From: Balamuthia mandrillaris
Taxonomy: Eukaryota
Length of the DNA stretch: 64,000 nt
NCBI GenBank assembly: GCA_031835245.2
Contig: JAVKOQ020000007.1
Span: forward strand, 248,001-312,000
Direction of reading: 5' to 3'
The position numbers and the translations under genes were made by a program. Numbering within the stretch: position 1 is the first letter of the stretch; every line of letters begins with the position of its first letter. This document shows, in pieces, positions 23,687 to 36,454 of the stretch. The notes under the pieces are model-generated. The model saw only the letters and a program-made list of their open reading frames with translations. It had not been told where the DNA came from and ran no database searches.

Positions 23687-26600
23687 ATGGAAGAAGGAAC
23701 CGCTGGGGGGCTGGCGAACGTGCAGCCAGCAGCAGGCGGCAAGCAGTACGGCAAAGAGGAGGCCTTTCGTGCTGCCGTCAAGGAAGTGCTTCTCGGTGAG
23801 GATGATGGCTCCAACGGTATACAATACGATTCCTATCCTTTTTCAACTGTAGCCCTCATCTGCGATTACGTAACATAATCTCTTTTTTCTTTTTTCTTTT
23901 TTCTTTTTTCTTTTTTTTCTTTTTCCTCAACAACAAAAGAGAAAAGGTTTGCTTTTCTGCTGAGTTACAAAGTGCTGCAGCCTCCTTTCATGGACCTTAC
24001 CGAGCTTTACTTCCAAGAGTCCGTTCTCAAACTCTCTTTGTCTCTCGTTAACCCTTTGTGGGGTTTTTTTTTTAAAAAAATATTTGTTTGGCAAATAACA
24101 AAGATATGAACGCGTAGCAGCACTTTACGAAAAGGAGCTAAAGGCCAATGGCAACGCTACTATACTTCGCACCAGCAATTACATTTTTATTCTTCGGTAA
24201 CACCCCCTTCTTTTTTTTTTCTTCCTTCTTCCTTCTTCCTTCTACTTCCTTCCTTCTTATTTTCTGCCCTCTTTTGTTTCTTTACTTTCTGATGGTCGTT
24301 TCTTTCTTCTGACTTTTTGCCTTCTTTCTCCTCTTCTGAATGTTCTTGATTCTCTCCAACGAATAAAGGTTGCAAGACTTTGCAAGGGTATGGGTAACTC
24401 ATTTTCCGGAAGACCTCTCTCCCAAGTTTCACACCCGCCTGCGACTCCAGCTCAAGAACTACTCCACCCCAGCCGTCCTGAACGAGTTCAAGTTGCTCTT
24501 CCTGAAGAACAATCGCTCTACCTCTGCCATTCATCTCTCCCCATTCACGGCTAACAATTCTACTTCTTCTCTTTCTGCTCCAACTTCTCCCAATACTTCT
24601 CCTCCTGCTTCTCCTAAAGGTCGTCCCTCGTCTTCATCTTCTGTTTCGCCTTCTGGATCCACCATCCTTCTTACTGCAACTCAAACTTTGGACCTTCCTT
24701 CTTCGACGATCGAACGAAGAAGCGAAGGACAAAAAGAGAAGAGCCCGAGATCAAGAAGGAAGAACAAAGCAAAGTCTTTGACGATGGCAGAAGTGGAGCA
24801 GCTGACAAAAATTGTTAGTCAACAAAACAAAAAGGATAAAGAGAAGAGCAAGGAGAAAGGCAACAAAGAAAAGGACCATCATCAGCCGCATTATCATCAT
24901 CACACTATTGGCAGCAAGTTGAGAAAGAGAGGCAGTAGCATCAGTGCCTTCATCAGTGATCACCTCAAAGACAAACATACTTCCATACATTTGGATCGTT
25001 CCGCTTCTGTTGAAGACTGGCGAGAATTTTCTGGTTTCTCTCTGCGTTCTTGTTCATCTTATTCTTGCTCTTCTTCTTGTTCTTGTTCCTCTTCTTGTTC
25101 TTCTTCTTCTTCTTCTTCTTCTTCTTCTTCTTCTTCTTCTTCTTGTTCTTCTCCTTCTTGTGGTTCTTCTTCTCCCTCCTTCTCCTTTTTCCTTTTTTAA
25201 AACCAGTTTCTTTGTTGCTGACCAAGTGAAACACAAAAGCTGGCATAGTGGCCAGAGAAATTACAATGATAGAATGGGACTTGTTTCACCAAATCGGACC
25301 GAGAGAGTTTCTCAAGAACGGATGGCAAAAACCAGACAAAGAGCAGAGAGCACCCAACATCTGCCGCCTTATCCAACGCTTCAATGAATTGGGTTACTGG
25401 ATAGCAACTCAGATACTGACGAGTGAGGACAAGCAAAAGATTGTCATCATAAAGAAGTGCATCAAGATAGGCCAACACTTTTATCATCTGGGCAACTTCA
25501 ATGGGCTTATGGAGGTTTTGTCTGGTTTATCATGCAGTCCTATTGCTCGGTTGCAGGTTGGCTTCTCCTTGCTTCTATGGTTCTTCTTCATCTTCATCTG
25601 CTTCTAATTCATCATCATCATCTTCTTCTTCTTCTTCTTCTTCTTCTTCTTCTTCTTCTTGTTCTTGTTCTTGTTCTTCTTGTTCTTCTTGTTCTTCTTC
25701 TTCTTCTTGTTCTTCTTGTTCTTCTTCTTCTTCTTCTTCTTCTTCTTCTTCTTCTTCCTCTTTTCCTAGGTTGTCTTCATTCTCTCCTTGTTTTATTCTT
25801 TTGTACTTCTGTTTTTCATCCACTTATCTGTCTTCTTGGTCCGTTAGAACATCTGGAAAAGAGTGCCCCAAAGTCATCTCTCCATTTTGGCTGAGCTGGA
25901 TGAAGTGATGAGCACCTCCCGAAACTTTGTCAACTACAACGAAGCATTGGAGAAGCGAGAAAAGGCCGGTTTGCCGACATTACCTCACTTGGCTTACTTT
26001 CTTCGCCTGTTCACTCACCTCGACGAGTGCAATGAGCCCTTTATGCCGACGGATGGCTCTGTGAACTTTGACTTGCTCCTGTCGAGAGCGCAAATCATTC
26101 GGAGGATCATGCATTTGCAGTCTGTTGCTTTCACCTTTCCCAGGTATTTTTTTTTTCGTGTGTTCTTTCTTCGCATCGCTCTTTGTTCTTTGTTCTTTCT
26201 TCGTTCTTCGATTCTTCTTTCTTCTTTCTTCTTCCTTGCAAGTTTTAACAACAAAAAACAGGAATCAACAAGTGAAACAATATTTCACATCGTTAGATAA
26301 ACACTTTGTGGACGATGCAGAGATGCTCTACAACCTCTCTCTCTGCTGCTTCCCTCGCAAGGATCTCTCCTTCGACTCTGCCCCCTCTTCCGCATCATCT
26401 ACTCCCCGCGAAGAACAACAACAGAAAGAAGCTACGGAAGCAGCACAACATAAAGAAGAAGAAAAAGGAGGACAAGAAGAGCGAAAAGAAAAGAATGTTA
26501 CATTCAAGTTCTCGAGCGACGATCTGGAGGAACTAAAGTCTTTATGGGAACACAGCAGCTCTGGGCAGATCAAGACTCGCTTTGGGAAGAAGCTTCGAGA

Positions 26601-26775
26601 GCTGGCCGCTGCCGCTGCTGAGATAGAGTTTGAGGATGATGGAGAAGAAGAAAAGGAAGAAGCGGAAGCAAAGGAGGAAAAGAAGAAGAAAAAGAACAAG
26701 AAGAACAAGAAGGAAGAAGAGAGAAGCAACAGCACTCCCGAGATTCGGGTTGAGGCTCTTCACACCAAACACTGA
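23687..26775 (+). CDS. Ras guanine nucleotide exchange factor (RasGEF_N + CDC25 domain; multi-exon)
   Basis: FLLSYK, RVWVTHFPED (REM); VAREITMIEWDLFHQIGPREFL, PNICRLIQRFN, LGNFNGLMEVLSGL, PTLPHLAYFL, VNFDLL. Confidence 0.88.
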
Positions 26776-26872
26776 AGCAGGAAGCAAAGAAGAAGGAAGA
26801 TGCAACGAACAGAAGAAAGTAGATTTGCTGTTTTGTTGGGGGAAAAAACATTAATATTTCTCTTGTGTTGAG

Positions 26873-27337
26873 TTAGACATATTGTGCCTTCTTCTTGCCT
26901 CTTCTCCGTCTATCCCTCTTCTTGAGTCCGTCCATGCCTTTCTTGTTGGCCGCAGCCAAGGACATTTGAAAGTGAACCAGGTCCTTGGCCCGCAGCAACG
27001 TGCTGATTTTCTTGTGCTTGCCGTCCGTCGCTCGAATCAAGCACAAGTTCTCTCCTTCAGAAGTGGCTCCCCCTCCAGCAGAAGATCCCTGTTTTTTGTT
27101 GGTTGTGTCTTTCTTGCCTCCTCGTGGTTTGTCTTCATCTATTTGTTTTCGATGGAGAGTGTGTGTGAGTGAGAAAAAAATGTAGATTATGATAAGGGAA
27201 CGCCAAGTTTTTCAACAACAAAACAAAAACGGTACGTAACAGCGTTTCATTGTGATCCATACACTGCCTGAAGTCTTGGTGGCAGCGTAAAGGTTGGCCA
27301 GCTCTTCCAGAAACGCAGCATTGGAAAGTAACACCAT
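26873..27337 (-). CDS. SRP14: Signal recognition particle 14 kDa subunit (2 exons)
   Basis: MVLLSNAAFLEELANLY...GSVWITMKR|YEDKP...CLIRATDGKHKKIST...MDGLKKRD; absent from the ORF track and found by manual translation. Confidence 0.92.
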
Positions 27338-27413
27338 TTCTTTCTTTCTTTGTTTTCTCTTTTCTCTCTTTTCTTTTTTTTTTTTTGATTTTTTTTTTTT
27401 TTTAAGGAATTGT

Positions 27414-27917
27414 TTATTGGCTATCTAGTGGGTTGAAACCGCTCAACCTCGTAGGTACATACATACAAACGGCACCTCTTACTTGTCCCACTGCCGCAGT
27501 GGACAGAGCACTTTGGGAGACACAAAGGTTGCTAGAAATCGCCACCATGTTCTCGGCAGAGTATTTTTCTTGGCTCGCCGGGTGAGGCCAAGGCCAGGCT
27601 TGTTGAAATTTTTCGTCGACCACTAAGTGCGGCTCCTTGGAGTCGAACACGCGGCCTTCCCCTTTCTGGCAGGCTATGACCAAATGGTAGACCACTCGGC
27701 CATGGGGGTGGGCCCTTTTTGATTTTGTTTGTGCCTTTTTTTCGAAGCTGACGTGGACATCTCCTTTTTCAACTACATTCCACGTCACCACCATTCCAGA
27801 GGGGTCATATTTTATAACTTTGGCTTTTTCTGCAGGACGTCCCTTCCGCTGCACTCTCCCTTGGGCAAGCGGAATAGGTTTGCGTGACGATGCTCCAGCT
27901 GTTTGTGTATGAGACAA
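27414..27917 (-). other. Unassigned 167-codon ORF (hypothetical gene or decayed element fragment)
   Basis: Complex, non-repetitive ORF occupying the gap between SRP14 and ERG2; no recognisable motif. Confidence 0.3.
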
Positions 27918-28177
27918 GTTCGTAGTTTGGTTGCGGTGAGAAAATGGGAGGGTGACGCAGTAACGCTGCGTAATGCGCAGTTATTCTCCGTCAAACCTTG
28001 CAGGTGAACGCCCATATTAATATTAAAAGCCGAGGAGAGATTCTTCATACCCCCTTTCTTGTTCTTTTCACCCTCAAACGTTTGAGCGAGAGAAGGAGGG
28101 AGAAAGAACAGCACTCACCAAAAAAAAAAAAAAAATAACAAAATAGAAACAGTTTGCACGCACAAAAAGCTCTAACA

Positions 28178-29092
28178 ATGCCCACCGAAAAGACAAAGTC
28201 TTCTTCCGCTGGTGGAACCCCCGGCACCACCAAAAAGAACACGCCCAAGTCATCATCGCCCTCCGCGAAGCAAACAAAGCCAACCAAACCTGTCGCTTCT
28301 TCTTCCTCCTCCTCATGCGCTTGTTCTTTCTCCAACGTGTTCTACAAGGCGGTGCGCCTCTCCTTCGTGAGCGCCTTTTTCGTTGTCCTCCTCTTCGCCG
28401 CTCTGATCGCGTTCGTGGACTTGTCCCCCTATTACGTCTTCCAACCTAACGTCCTCCATCAAGTGGCCAAAGAGGTGCTACAAGAGGTGCATCAACTCAG
28501 CAACAACACTTCCGCTGACGCTCCGCTCATCGAAAAAATGGTTCCTCTTCTGGTGGAGAAGCTCAGCCAACGTTACCCCAATCACATCAACAAAGAGCAG
28601 GAATGGGTGTTCAACAATGCGGGAGGGGCCATGGGAGTGCTCTACATACTGCATGCCTCCATTTCCGAGTACGTCATCATCTTTGGCACCCCCATCGGCA
28701 CGGAGGGACATACCGGACGTTTTGCTGCCGATGACTACTTTATCATTTTGGACGGCGAACAATGGTTTTGTTTCTTTCTCTCCTTCTTTTCCTTCAACCT
28801 GCCACCAACACCTTATAAAACCAAAACAAACAGGGCATTCTCGGCAGGTTCCTACCGGAAAGAGGTCTATAAGCCAGGAGAGATGCACCACCTTCCTCGC
28901 GGACACGCCCAAGCCTACCGCGCTCCCGACACCATGTGGGCCCTTGAGTACGCTCAGGGCTGGATCCCTGCCATGTTGCCGTTCGGCGTGGCGGACACCT
29001 TGACCAGCACGTTGGACGTTCACACTTTGGCTCAGACCTTTTGGCTTTATGCCAAGTTGGTTGTTCGTGAGTTGCTCCTTGGCAAGATCTAA
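28178..29092 (+). CDS. ERG2: C-8 sterol isomerase / sigma-1 receptor family (one 69-nt in-frame intron, 28765-28833)
   Basis: EWVFNNAGGAMG...LHASISEYVIIFGTPIGTEGHTGR...DDYF...WALEYAQGWIPAMLPFG; N-terminal TM helix. Confidence 0.92.
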   Translation: MPTEKTKSSSAGGTPGTTKKNTPKSSSPSAKQTKPTKPVASSSSSSCACSFSNVFYKAVRLSFVSAFFVVLLFAALIAFVDLSPYYVFQPNVLHQVAKEVLQEVHQLSNNTSADAPLIEKMVPLLVEKLSQRYPNHINKEQEWVFNNAGGAMGVLYILHASISEYVIIFGTPIGTEGHTGRFAADDYFIILDGEQWFCFFLSFFSFNLPPTPYKTKTNRAFSAGSYRKEVYKPGEMHHLPRGHAQAYRAPDTMWALEYAQGWIPAMLPFGVADTLTSTLDVHTLAQTFWLYAKLVVRELLLGKI

Positions 29093-29127
29093 AATACGTT
29101 TGTGTTTTTTTGAAGTGCAAGGCGAAG

Positions 29128-29176
<49 letters not shown>

Positions 29177-29330
29177 TGAGAGAGAGAGAGAGAAGAGAGA
29201 GAGGAGCGAAATAAAGAGAGACAGAAGCAAATGGTGAAACAACGGTTTCTTTTCTTCTCCAATCTTCAATACAAATTTAATAAAAAAGAAAGTGGCCAAA
29301 AGTAACAAAGGAGCGTTGTTCTTTTCGTGT

Positions 29331-29735
29331 TTAGTAGCCTTCGTAGTGTCCCTCATAGCCACCCTGGTCATAACCCTGCTGGTAACCTTGATCGTAGCCT
29401 CCTTGTCCTCCTTGGTCATAGCCGCCGTACTCACCGGCATCAGCCTTGGGCTGTCCCCACGACCCTCCGGCATCAGATTGAGAGACAGCTGCATCGCTGG
29501 AGTACTCACCGCTGTCGGCACGCTTCTCAGCGTCAAAGGAGGTGACCTTAGTGACGCTAGGGGGGTAGTGCACAGCGCAGAAGAGCTGGCCTTCGAAAGC
29601 CTTGAAGTTTTTCAGGGTGAGGGAGGTCTTGCAGGTCACGCATCGAAAGCAGCCCTTGTGGTAGGTCTTGTTGGCACCTTTCATGGCCTCCACTGGGTAG
29701 ACCGTCTTGTTGCAAAAGCCACACTTGGGGTTCAT
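29331..29735 (-). CDS. Single LIM-domain protein with Gly/Tyr/Gln-rich tail
   Basis: CGFC...HKGCFRCVTC...CAVH LIM zinc ligands; GYDQG repeats. Confidence 0.9.
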   Translation of the reverse strand: MNPKCGFCNKTVYPVEAMKGANKTYHKGCFRCVTCKTSLTLKNFKAFEGQLFCAVHYPPSVTKVTSFDAEKRADSGEYSSDAAVSQSDAGGSWGQPKADAGEYGGYDQGGQGGYDQGYQQGYDQGGYEGHYEGY

Positions 29736-30064
29736 GGTTGTCTGGTTTGTTTGTTTGCTTGTTTACAAAGAAAGTAAAAAAAGGAGGGCGTCAGAGGTGC
29801 AGCAGCTTTTGTATTTCTGTTTAAAAAGAAAAAGAAGAAAGAAAACCGATTATTTTGCTTTCTTGTTTTTCGTTTGAAGCACCAAAAGGCGTGGTTTGTT
29901 GCCTGGAGAAACAGCAGCTCAAGTAAGGCAAAAATGCGTTTATTAAAAGATGTATACCCGAGTGAGTTGATGGCGGGTATGTCTAGCCGGAACATAGGGC
30001 AACTCCTCACAAAAAGAGTGGACAAACCTCAAACAAATAGTGTTTGTTGTGGTTGGTTCGGAGT

Positions 30065-30103
30065 TTTGTAATTTCAGCCAATGAATGAGATTCGGTGACA
30101 TCA
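30065..30103 (+). promoter_or_regulatory. CCAAT + TGACATCA composite element, copy 1
   Basis: TTTGTAATTTCAGCCAATGA-N9-GGTGACATCA, repeated at 34426-34464; lies between divergent LIM and SPATA20 genes. Confidence 0.55.
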
Positions 30104-30284
30104 TCACTATGGAGCGTCGACGTTACCGAATTTCGTGCTCTTTTGTTGTCGACAAACAATTATTCTAAAACATGTTCATGACGACACGGAAAATTGCGGG
30201 AATTCGGAAGAAAATAGCATGAAAAAAAGTAAAAAATTGAAATTTGAACGAAAGGAGTGGAAAAAAAAGTGAGAAGAAGAAAAG

Positions 30285-32270
30285 ATGAGGTTGAGAGGAG
30301 CCACAGGAGGAGCCTCAATGGCCCCATCCGTGAGGTGCAACAGCGGCGGAAGAGCCACTAGCTTTCAGCTGGGTTGCCTTCACAGATCAACAACACCAAC
30401 GTGGACAAGAACAAGCACAGCGGCTTCTGCCTCTGTTTTCTGCTCCGCTACATCCCCATCTTTCAAAGTGGAGAACTGGAGAAGCTACACCAGCGAAGGA
30501 GCGAGAAAGGTTTATTTTTTTTTTTGAGAATGCGTGCTTGCTCTTTTTTTTGTTTCCTCGTTCTTCTTCTCCTTTTTTTTTCATGCCGTTGAGCTTTTTT
30601 TTCCCCCTCCGATAGAGCAACAGGTTGGCACTGGAGAAAAGTCCTTACCTGCTGCAACACCAGCACAACCCCGTTGACTGGTTGCCCTACGGAAAGGAAG
30701 CTTTTGAGAAGGCCAAACAACTAGACAGGCCCCTTTTCATTAGCATTGGCTATTGTAACTCATGTTCTTCCTCTGCTTCTGCTTCTGCTTCTGCTTCTGA
30801 TTCTTCTTGTTGTTGTTGTTGTTGTTCTTCCTCCTCCTCTTCTTCTTCTTCTTCTTCTTCTTCTTCTTCTTCTTCTTCTTTCTTCTTCTTCTTCTTCTTC
30901 TTCTTCTTCTTCTTCTTCTTCTTCTTCTTCTTCTTCTTTGTGTTCTTCTCTCGCACCACATCAACCAACAACAAACAAACACAAACAGTATCGTGCCATT
31001 GGTGCCACGTAATGGAAAGGGAGTCTTTTGAGGATGAAAAAGTAGCACAGGTGCTCAACAACAACTTTGTGCCGGTCAAGGTGGACAGAGAGGAAATGCC
31101 TGATGTCGATACCATTTACTTGCGAGCTGCAATGAGTCTACGCGTGTCATGCGGATGGCCTCTCAGTGTTTGGGCTACTCCTGACGGGCATCCCTTCCAT
31201 GCTGGGTTTGTAGCCCCCTTTTTTCCTCCCGCTTTTTTTCTCCGCTCTGTTCGTTGTCCCCCTCTCCCCTCCTCCTCCTCCCTCCCTCCCTCCCCTCCCT
31301 CCCTCCCTCCCTCCCTCCCCTCCCTCCCTCCCCCTCCCTCCCTCCCTCCTCCCCTCCCTCCCTCCCTCCCTCCCTCCTCCCCTCCTCCCTCCCTCCTCCT
31401 CCCTCCCTCCCTCTCCCTCCCTTCCTCCCTCCTCCTCCCTCCCTCCCTCCCTCTCTCCTCTCTCTTATTCTTTTCTGGTATTTTGTTCATTTCAAGATAA
31501 AGAATACACTATGCTCATTTGAAGAGACAGAACTTACTTTCCAAAGGAACTGTTTCTAAAAGTTTTAGACCAGGTGACGAAATCATGGCAAAACCAAAGA
31601 GATGTGCTGCAATCTTTATCGGAGAGCGTGCAGCAGCTTACACAACAAACAACATCCATATTTGATACTACTAACCCACTGCCAAGCGTCTCAGTTCTAA
31701 AGAAAGCCATAGAACAGGCAGAAGGCTCGTTTTCTCATTTCTTCTTTTTTCCTTGCCTTTTTTCCTCGTTCCGTTTCCTTATTATCTTCTTTTCCTCTCC
31801 CTTCCAGAACTCTTTGACGCTGAATGGGGAGGTTTTGGACGACCTCCAAAGTTTCCTATGAGTGTACGTTTGCAGTTCTTAATGCGAATGTACCTTCGCA
31901 TCCCCGACAAAAGAATTTCAGATATGGTAGAAAAGACTTTGCAGAGCATGGCATGGGGTGGACTCTATGATCACTTGGGAGGAGGTTTTGCACGGTACTC
32001 CACCGACAGACAATGGCTTATACCTCGTACGTTTTTGTTGAATTCGGTCAAGTGTTGTTGTCGGCGTTTCGTTAACTCGTATTCGTTTCGTGTATCGCAG
32101 ATTTTGAGAAAATGTTGTATGACAATGCTCTGTTGGCTCAAACGTATGTGGAGGCATTCCTCCTTACAAAGAATCCAACCTACGCATCCATTGCAAAAGA
32201 GACGCTGCATTATGTACTCAATCGTATGGAAAACAAGGAGCTTGGTGGATTTTACTCTGCAGGTGCTCTT

Positions 32271-32312
<42 letters not shown>

Positions 32313-33806
32313 CCTCTCCATTCCCTCTCTTAATCTTCATCGCGGGAGCCCCTATCATATGTATTCACATTTTAGCAAAATTCAGAGGACGCTGACAGCG
32401 AAGGAAAAGAAGGAAAATTTTACGTCTGGACTAATGCTCAACTGCAATCGTTACTCACTGCGGAGGTACTATTTTTTCCTTCTGAAGTTTTAAGAGAACG
32501 ACTCACCGTGAATGGTAATTCGACCTTGTTTGGAAAAGGAATTTGAACTGGTTAGAGCAGTATATGGGGTAACACGCGACGGCAACTTTGAACACGGGAC
32601 AACCCACCTCAGCCTACAGAAAAATTATAAATGGGAGGACAAGAAGCAACCTCTTCTACGGAGTGCACACGAAAAACTTTTCCGGGCAAGAAAACAACGG
32701 ATTCATCCTTTACGTACAGTTTATCTGTTCTTTCTTATTTTCTGGTTCTTCTGCAACAACACGAATCTAAATATCATAAATAGGAGATGACAAGCAATTG
32801 GTTTCATGGAACGCATTGATGATAAAAGCGATGGCCGCTGCTGCACAAGCTTTCAATGAAGAACATGAGAGAGACGACAAGAAAGCTTTTCTAGAGGCAG
32901 CACAACGAGCTGCTCACTTTCTTCGGGACAAGCTCTACAACCCGGAAACAGGCACTTTGTACCGTCGGTACATAGATGGAGATGTGCGCTACCAAGGCAC
33001 ATTGGATGATTATGCATATCTCATTTCTGCCTTGTTAACACTTTACCAAACTGATTGGAACGCATCTTGGTGTGTATATTTTTACTCTCTTTCTTTTCGT
33101 CTTATTTCTTTGTTATGTGTTTCCTAATTTGTTGTTCAAAAGGTTGAAATGGGCCATAGAATTACAACGCCACCAAGACGACTTTTTTTGGGACAAAGCC
33201 TCATCTTCCTCCTCTTCGCAACAACAAACAGAACAAGGAGGGTATTTCTTTACACCAGACAACATGGACGAGAGCCTTCCTCTCATTGCTCGCACCAAAG
33301 AGTTCACAGACGGAAGCATTCCCAATCCAAACTCTGTCTCCATCCTCAACCTCCTTAAACTTAATGCTTTCACTTACCGCGTGGAGTACAAGCGAAAAGC
33401 TCATCACATTCTTCGTTTGATACAGCCTGCTTTGAATGCAGCTCCAGCTTATTTTTCTCAGAGCCTTTTAGCGATTGACTTTGCTTTAAGCAGTGGACAA
33501 TTGGCCATCGTTCTTCCTTCATCTGAAGCTAGCGAAGAAACAGAAGAACAAAAGGCAGAAATGATATCTGCTTTGCGCAGACTTTACTTGCCAAACGTTG
33601 TAATTGCTATCGGAAGGGAAGCCGTAGCAAACGAAGGAACAAGAGAAGAAGAGGCGTTTGTTCCTCCGTTACTTCAGGGAAAGACGGCATTGAACGGTCG
33701 TGTGACGGCCTATTTTTGTGAAGGATACACGTGCAAACGTCCTGTTCAGAATGGCGATGAATTGACACAACAATTGTTGGAGCATATAAGAGCACATCGC
33801 TTTTGA
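30285..33806 (+). CDS. SPATA20: SPATA20 / YyaL family thioredoxin-like + six-hairpin glycosidase-like protein (multi-exon)
   Basis: [84 protein letters not shown]. Confidence 0.92.
31258..31460 (+). repeat. Intronic (CCCT/CCT)n polypyrimidine tract
   Basis: About 200 nt almost entirely C/T; a similar tract lies at ~9655-9760. Confidence 0.9.
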
Positions 33807-34425
33807 AAATAAAACATTTTCTTTCTTTCCATCCATCGATTGACATCAGCTCTTGTTCTCCTCTTCTTCTAACCTCTTCGGAAACTCTTGTTCCTCCATC
33901 CGCTCCACCTCTTGACCCCGTTTCTTCTTTTTCTTCTTCCTCCTTCATCTTCCTTCAGACGGTACGCGCAAAGGTTATGCAAACACTCTTCATCGAGCTC
34001 CCACTTTCACGCCCTATCATCCCGTTGGCCTCCTTCTCCCTCTTCCTCACGTTCATGAACGTACTTCATCGCACGAGAGGCCAGACGCCGCCACTCGCAG
34101 AGGTGAACTCAAAGAGGTAAGCAGATCCGGCACCGTTCCTGCATGCGTCTCCATGAGTTCCACCAGCTGAAAGGCTCTCTCCATGGCATCCTCTTTCTCC
34201 GCCATTGAATTTGTACTTGTGGATTCTGAAACGGTTCACAAAGTTGGCTGTCTTCTCAACACGTGCGTTTCTTGTTTGGCAACCTTGAAGCAGAACAGCG
34301 TTCCATTGTTCAGCTATTGAAACTTTATCATTAGAAAGGAGAAGGGTTGTTCTTTGTGCGTTGTGTGGCTTTGAGGGTTGGGGGGTAAGAGAAAGGGGTT
34401 GTGGCGAACAAGAAACCAACCGACG

Positions 34426-34464
34426 TTTGTAATTTCAGCCAATGAGGGAGGTATGGTGACATCA
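34426..34464 (+). promoter_or_regulatory. CCAAT + TGACATCA composite element, copy 2
   Basis: Identical 20-nt and 10-nt blocks with the same 9-nt spacing as 30065-30103; ~245 bp upstream of ATG 34710. Confidence 0.55.
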
Positions 34465-34709
34465 GCTCTTCATAGTTTTCGTGTCGTCACGTAAACCTCA
34501 ATTTTGTCGACAGACAGGAGAGCACCAAATATGCTTTTATTGTCGACAGACACGAGCGTTTAATTTACGAACGTGCTTATTGTAATGATTGCCGAAGGTT
34601 TTTGCCTTTTCGTCTTGCGGGTCGCCGCATTTTTTTTCTTTTTCGCCGTTAAGTGTTATTGTTTTTCCTTCCTTCTCGCCCTTCTTCTTCTTCATCTTCT
34701 CGCTCCGCC

Positions 34710-35811
34710 ATGAAAGGTTTAACTTTGTTCTCTCTTTCTTCTTGTGTCGCAAACAATGATCTCACCTTTGCTCATCGTTTTTTGTTTATTTGATGCAAAG
34801 AAAAAGGCGAAAAGGCCAAAGACAGCGGCAGGTTACTCAAAGTGAAGTCAAAGAAGAAGGAGAAGGACAAAAAGGAGAAGAAGACCAAAAAGAAAAAGGG
34901 CTCCGAGACCAAAGAACGTTCCAGCTCGCACAGCGTCCATCGCGAGCTTCCCTCTCCCGACACCCCGTCCTCCTCCTCCTCCTCTCCCGTTCCTCTCTCC
35001 TCCTCGACCCCCTCCAACACCCCAGCCAAAGCCTCAGACCTCGCCAGAAAAGTTTCTGCTCCCGCCTCCTCCCCTACCAAACATTCTCAGGAGGACGAAG
35101 ACCACAGGAACAACGACATGCCTTCTTCTCCAAGTAGCCACTCCAAAGAGGACAAAGCAGAGAAAAAACAAAAGGAACGACCACAACAGACAAAACAAAA
35201 AGAACGACCGAAAGTGAAGCAACCTCAACCACAACCTCAACCGCAACAGCAGCAACCCGCCCCAAAGAAGAACAACAAACAAACCGCTTCGGAAGATGTT
35301 ACTCTCCTGAGAACGGTCGACCTGTTGAAGGCGATGGAGCTGCAAGAGATTGAGGAGGACCAGATCGTGAAAGAGGGGAGAGTCGGGGAGGGTCCCTTCG
35401 CCATCGTTTTCCGAGGCACTTGCAGAGGGCAGGATGTTGCCATTCACTTGTTGAAGAAACAGAACCTCAACAAGGACGAGGTGGCCAGCTTTAAAGCGCA
35501 AGTCAAGGCCTTATCGTTCGTATCTTTATTTGTTAACAGTTTTCTTGCTTTCTTCTAACAAAAAACAGAAAAATGAGGAACAAACATATAGTAGTACTTT
35601 TGGGAGTGGTGACCACGCCAGGGAAGCTGGCGCTGGTGACGGAGTGGATGCCCAACACGATGGCCGCCTTGTGCTTTGAGCACTCCCCGATCGGTCTTTC
35701 TCTGTATGAACGCTTGAAGATGGCCAAGGATGCTGCTCTGGGCGTTTATTGGTTGCATTGCTCCAAGACGCCGCTGTACCATTCCAACCTGAAGCTTTCC
35801 AATTTCTTGGT

Positions 35812-35856
<45 letters not shown>

Positions 35857-36406
35857 TCATTGTTCATGTTCGCTCTCCATTCTTCTTTCGTTTTCGTTTC
35901 TCATTCTCGCTTGTTTACAAAAAAAGGTTGCTGAAGATGGTTCCGTCAAGGTAAGCGACTTTGGATTGCTCGACATGCGACTCTCTTCCTCTGCCAAACA
36001 ATCATCACCAACAACCTATTGGCAAGAAGATCCACCGGTACGAATGGCCCCAGAATACCTAACCGGCTCAAGCGCCTATGACGAGAAGTGCGACGTTTAT
36101 TCTTTCGGTTTGTGCCTCTATGAAGTGCTCACCGGCAAGGAAGCTTTCAGAAAGTTGAAGAAACGTTTGTTGCAGCAGAAAAAAGGCGCGAGCAACAACA
36201 ACAACAACGACGACAAAGAAGCCGTAACGCGGAGGATACTGGAGGAAGTCATTGAAGTGGTGGTGGAAGAGGAGATGAGACCTGTGTTGCCGCAGGACGT
36301 GCCGCCGAGGTTGGCGGACCTCATTCGGTGCTGTTGGCATCCGTTGCCCAACTGTAGGCCCAACTTTGCTGATATATTGAGAGTGGCGAGCCTTATCTTT
36401 CTAGAG

Positions 36407-36454
<48 letters not shown>

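Noticed and set aside
27417..27455. Minus-strand tRNA-like 3' half (AGGTTGAGCGGTTTCAACCCACTAGATAGCCA) with a nearby hairpin
   Set aside because: The T-loop is non-canonical and no convincing D-arm, anticodon arm or acceptor pairing was found, so it is not called a tRNA.
28478..29777. Long ORFs 28478-29536 (-) and 29292-29777 (+)
   Set aside because: Shadow frames of ERG2 and the LIM gene, the first running through a (GA)n microsatellite.
33830..34206. Minus-strand ORF beginning MAEKEDAMERAFQLVELME
   Set aside because: Stops after ~46 codons; no splice path giving a recognisable protein was found.
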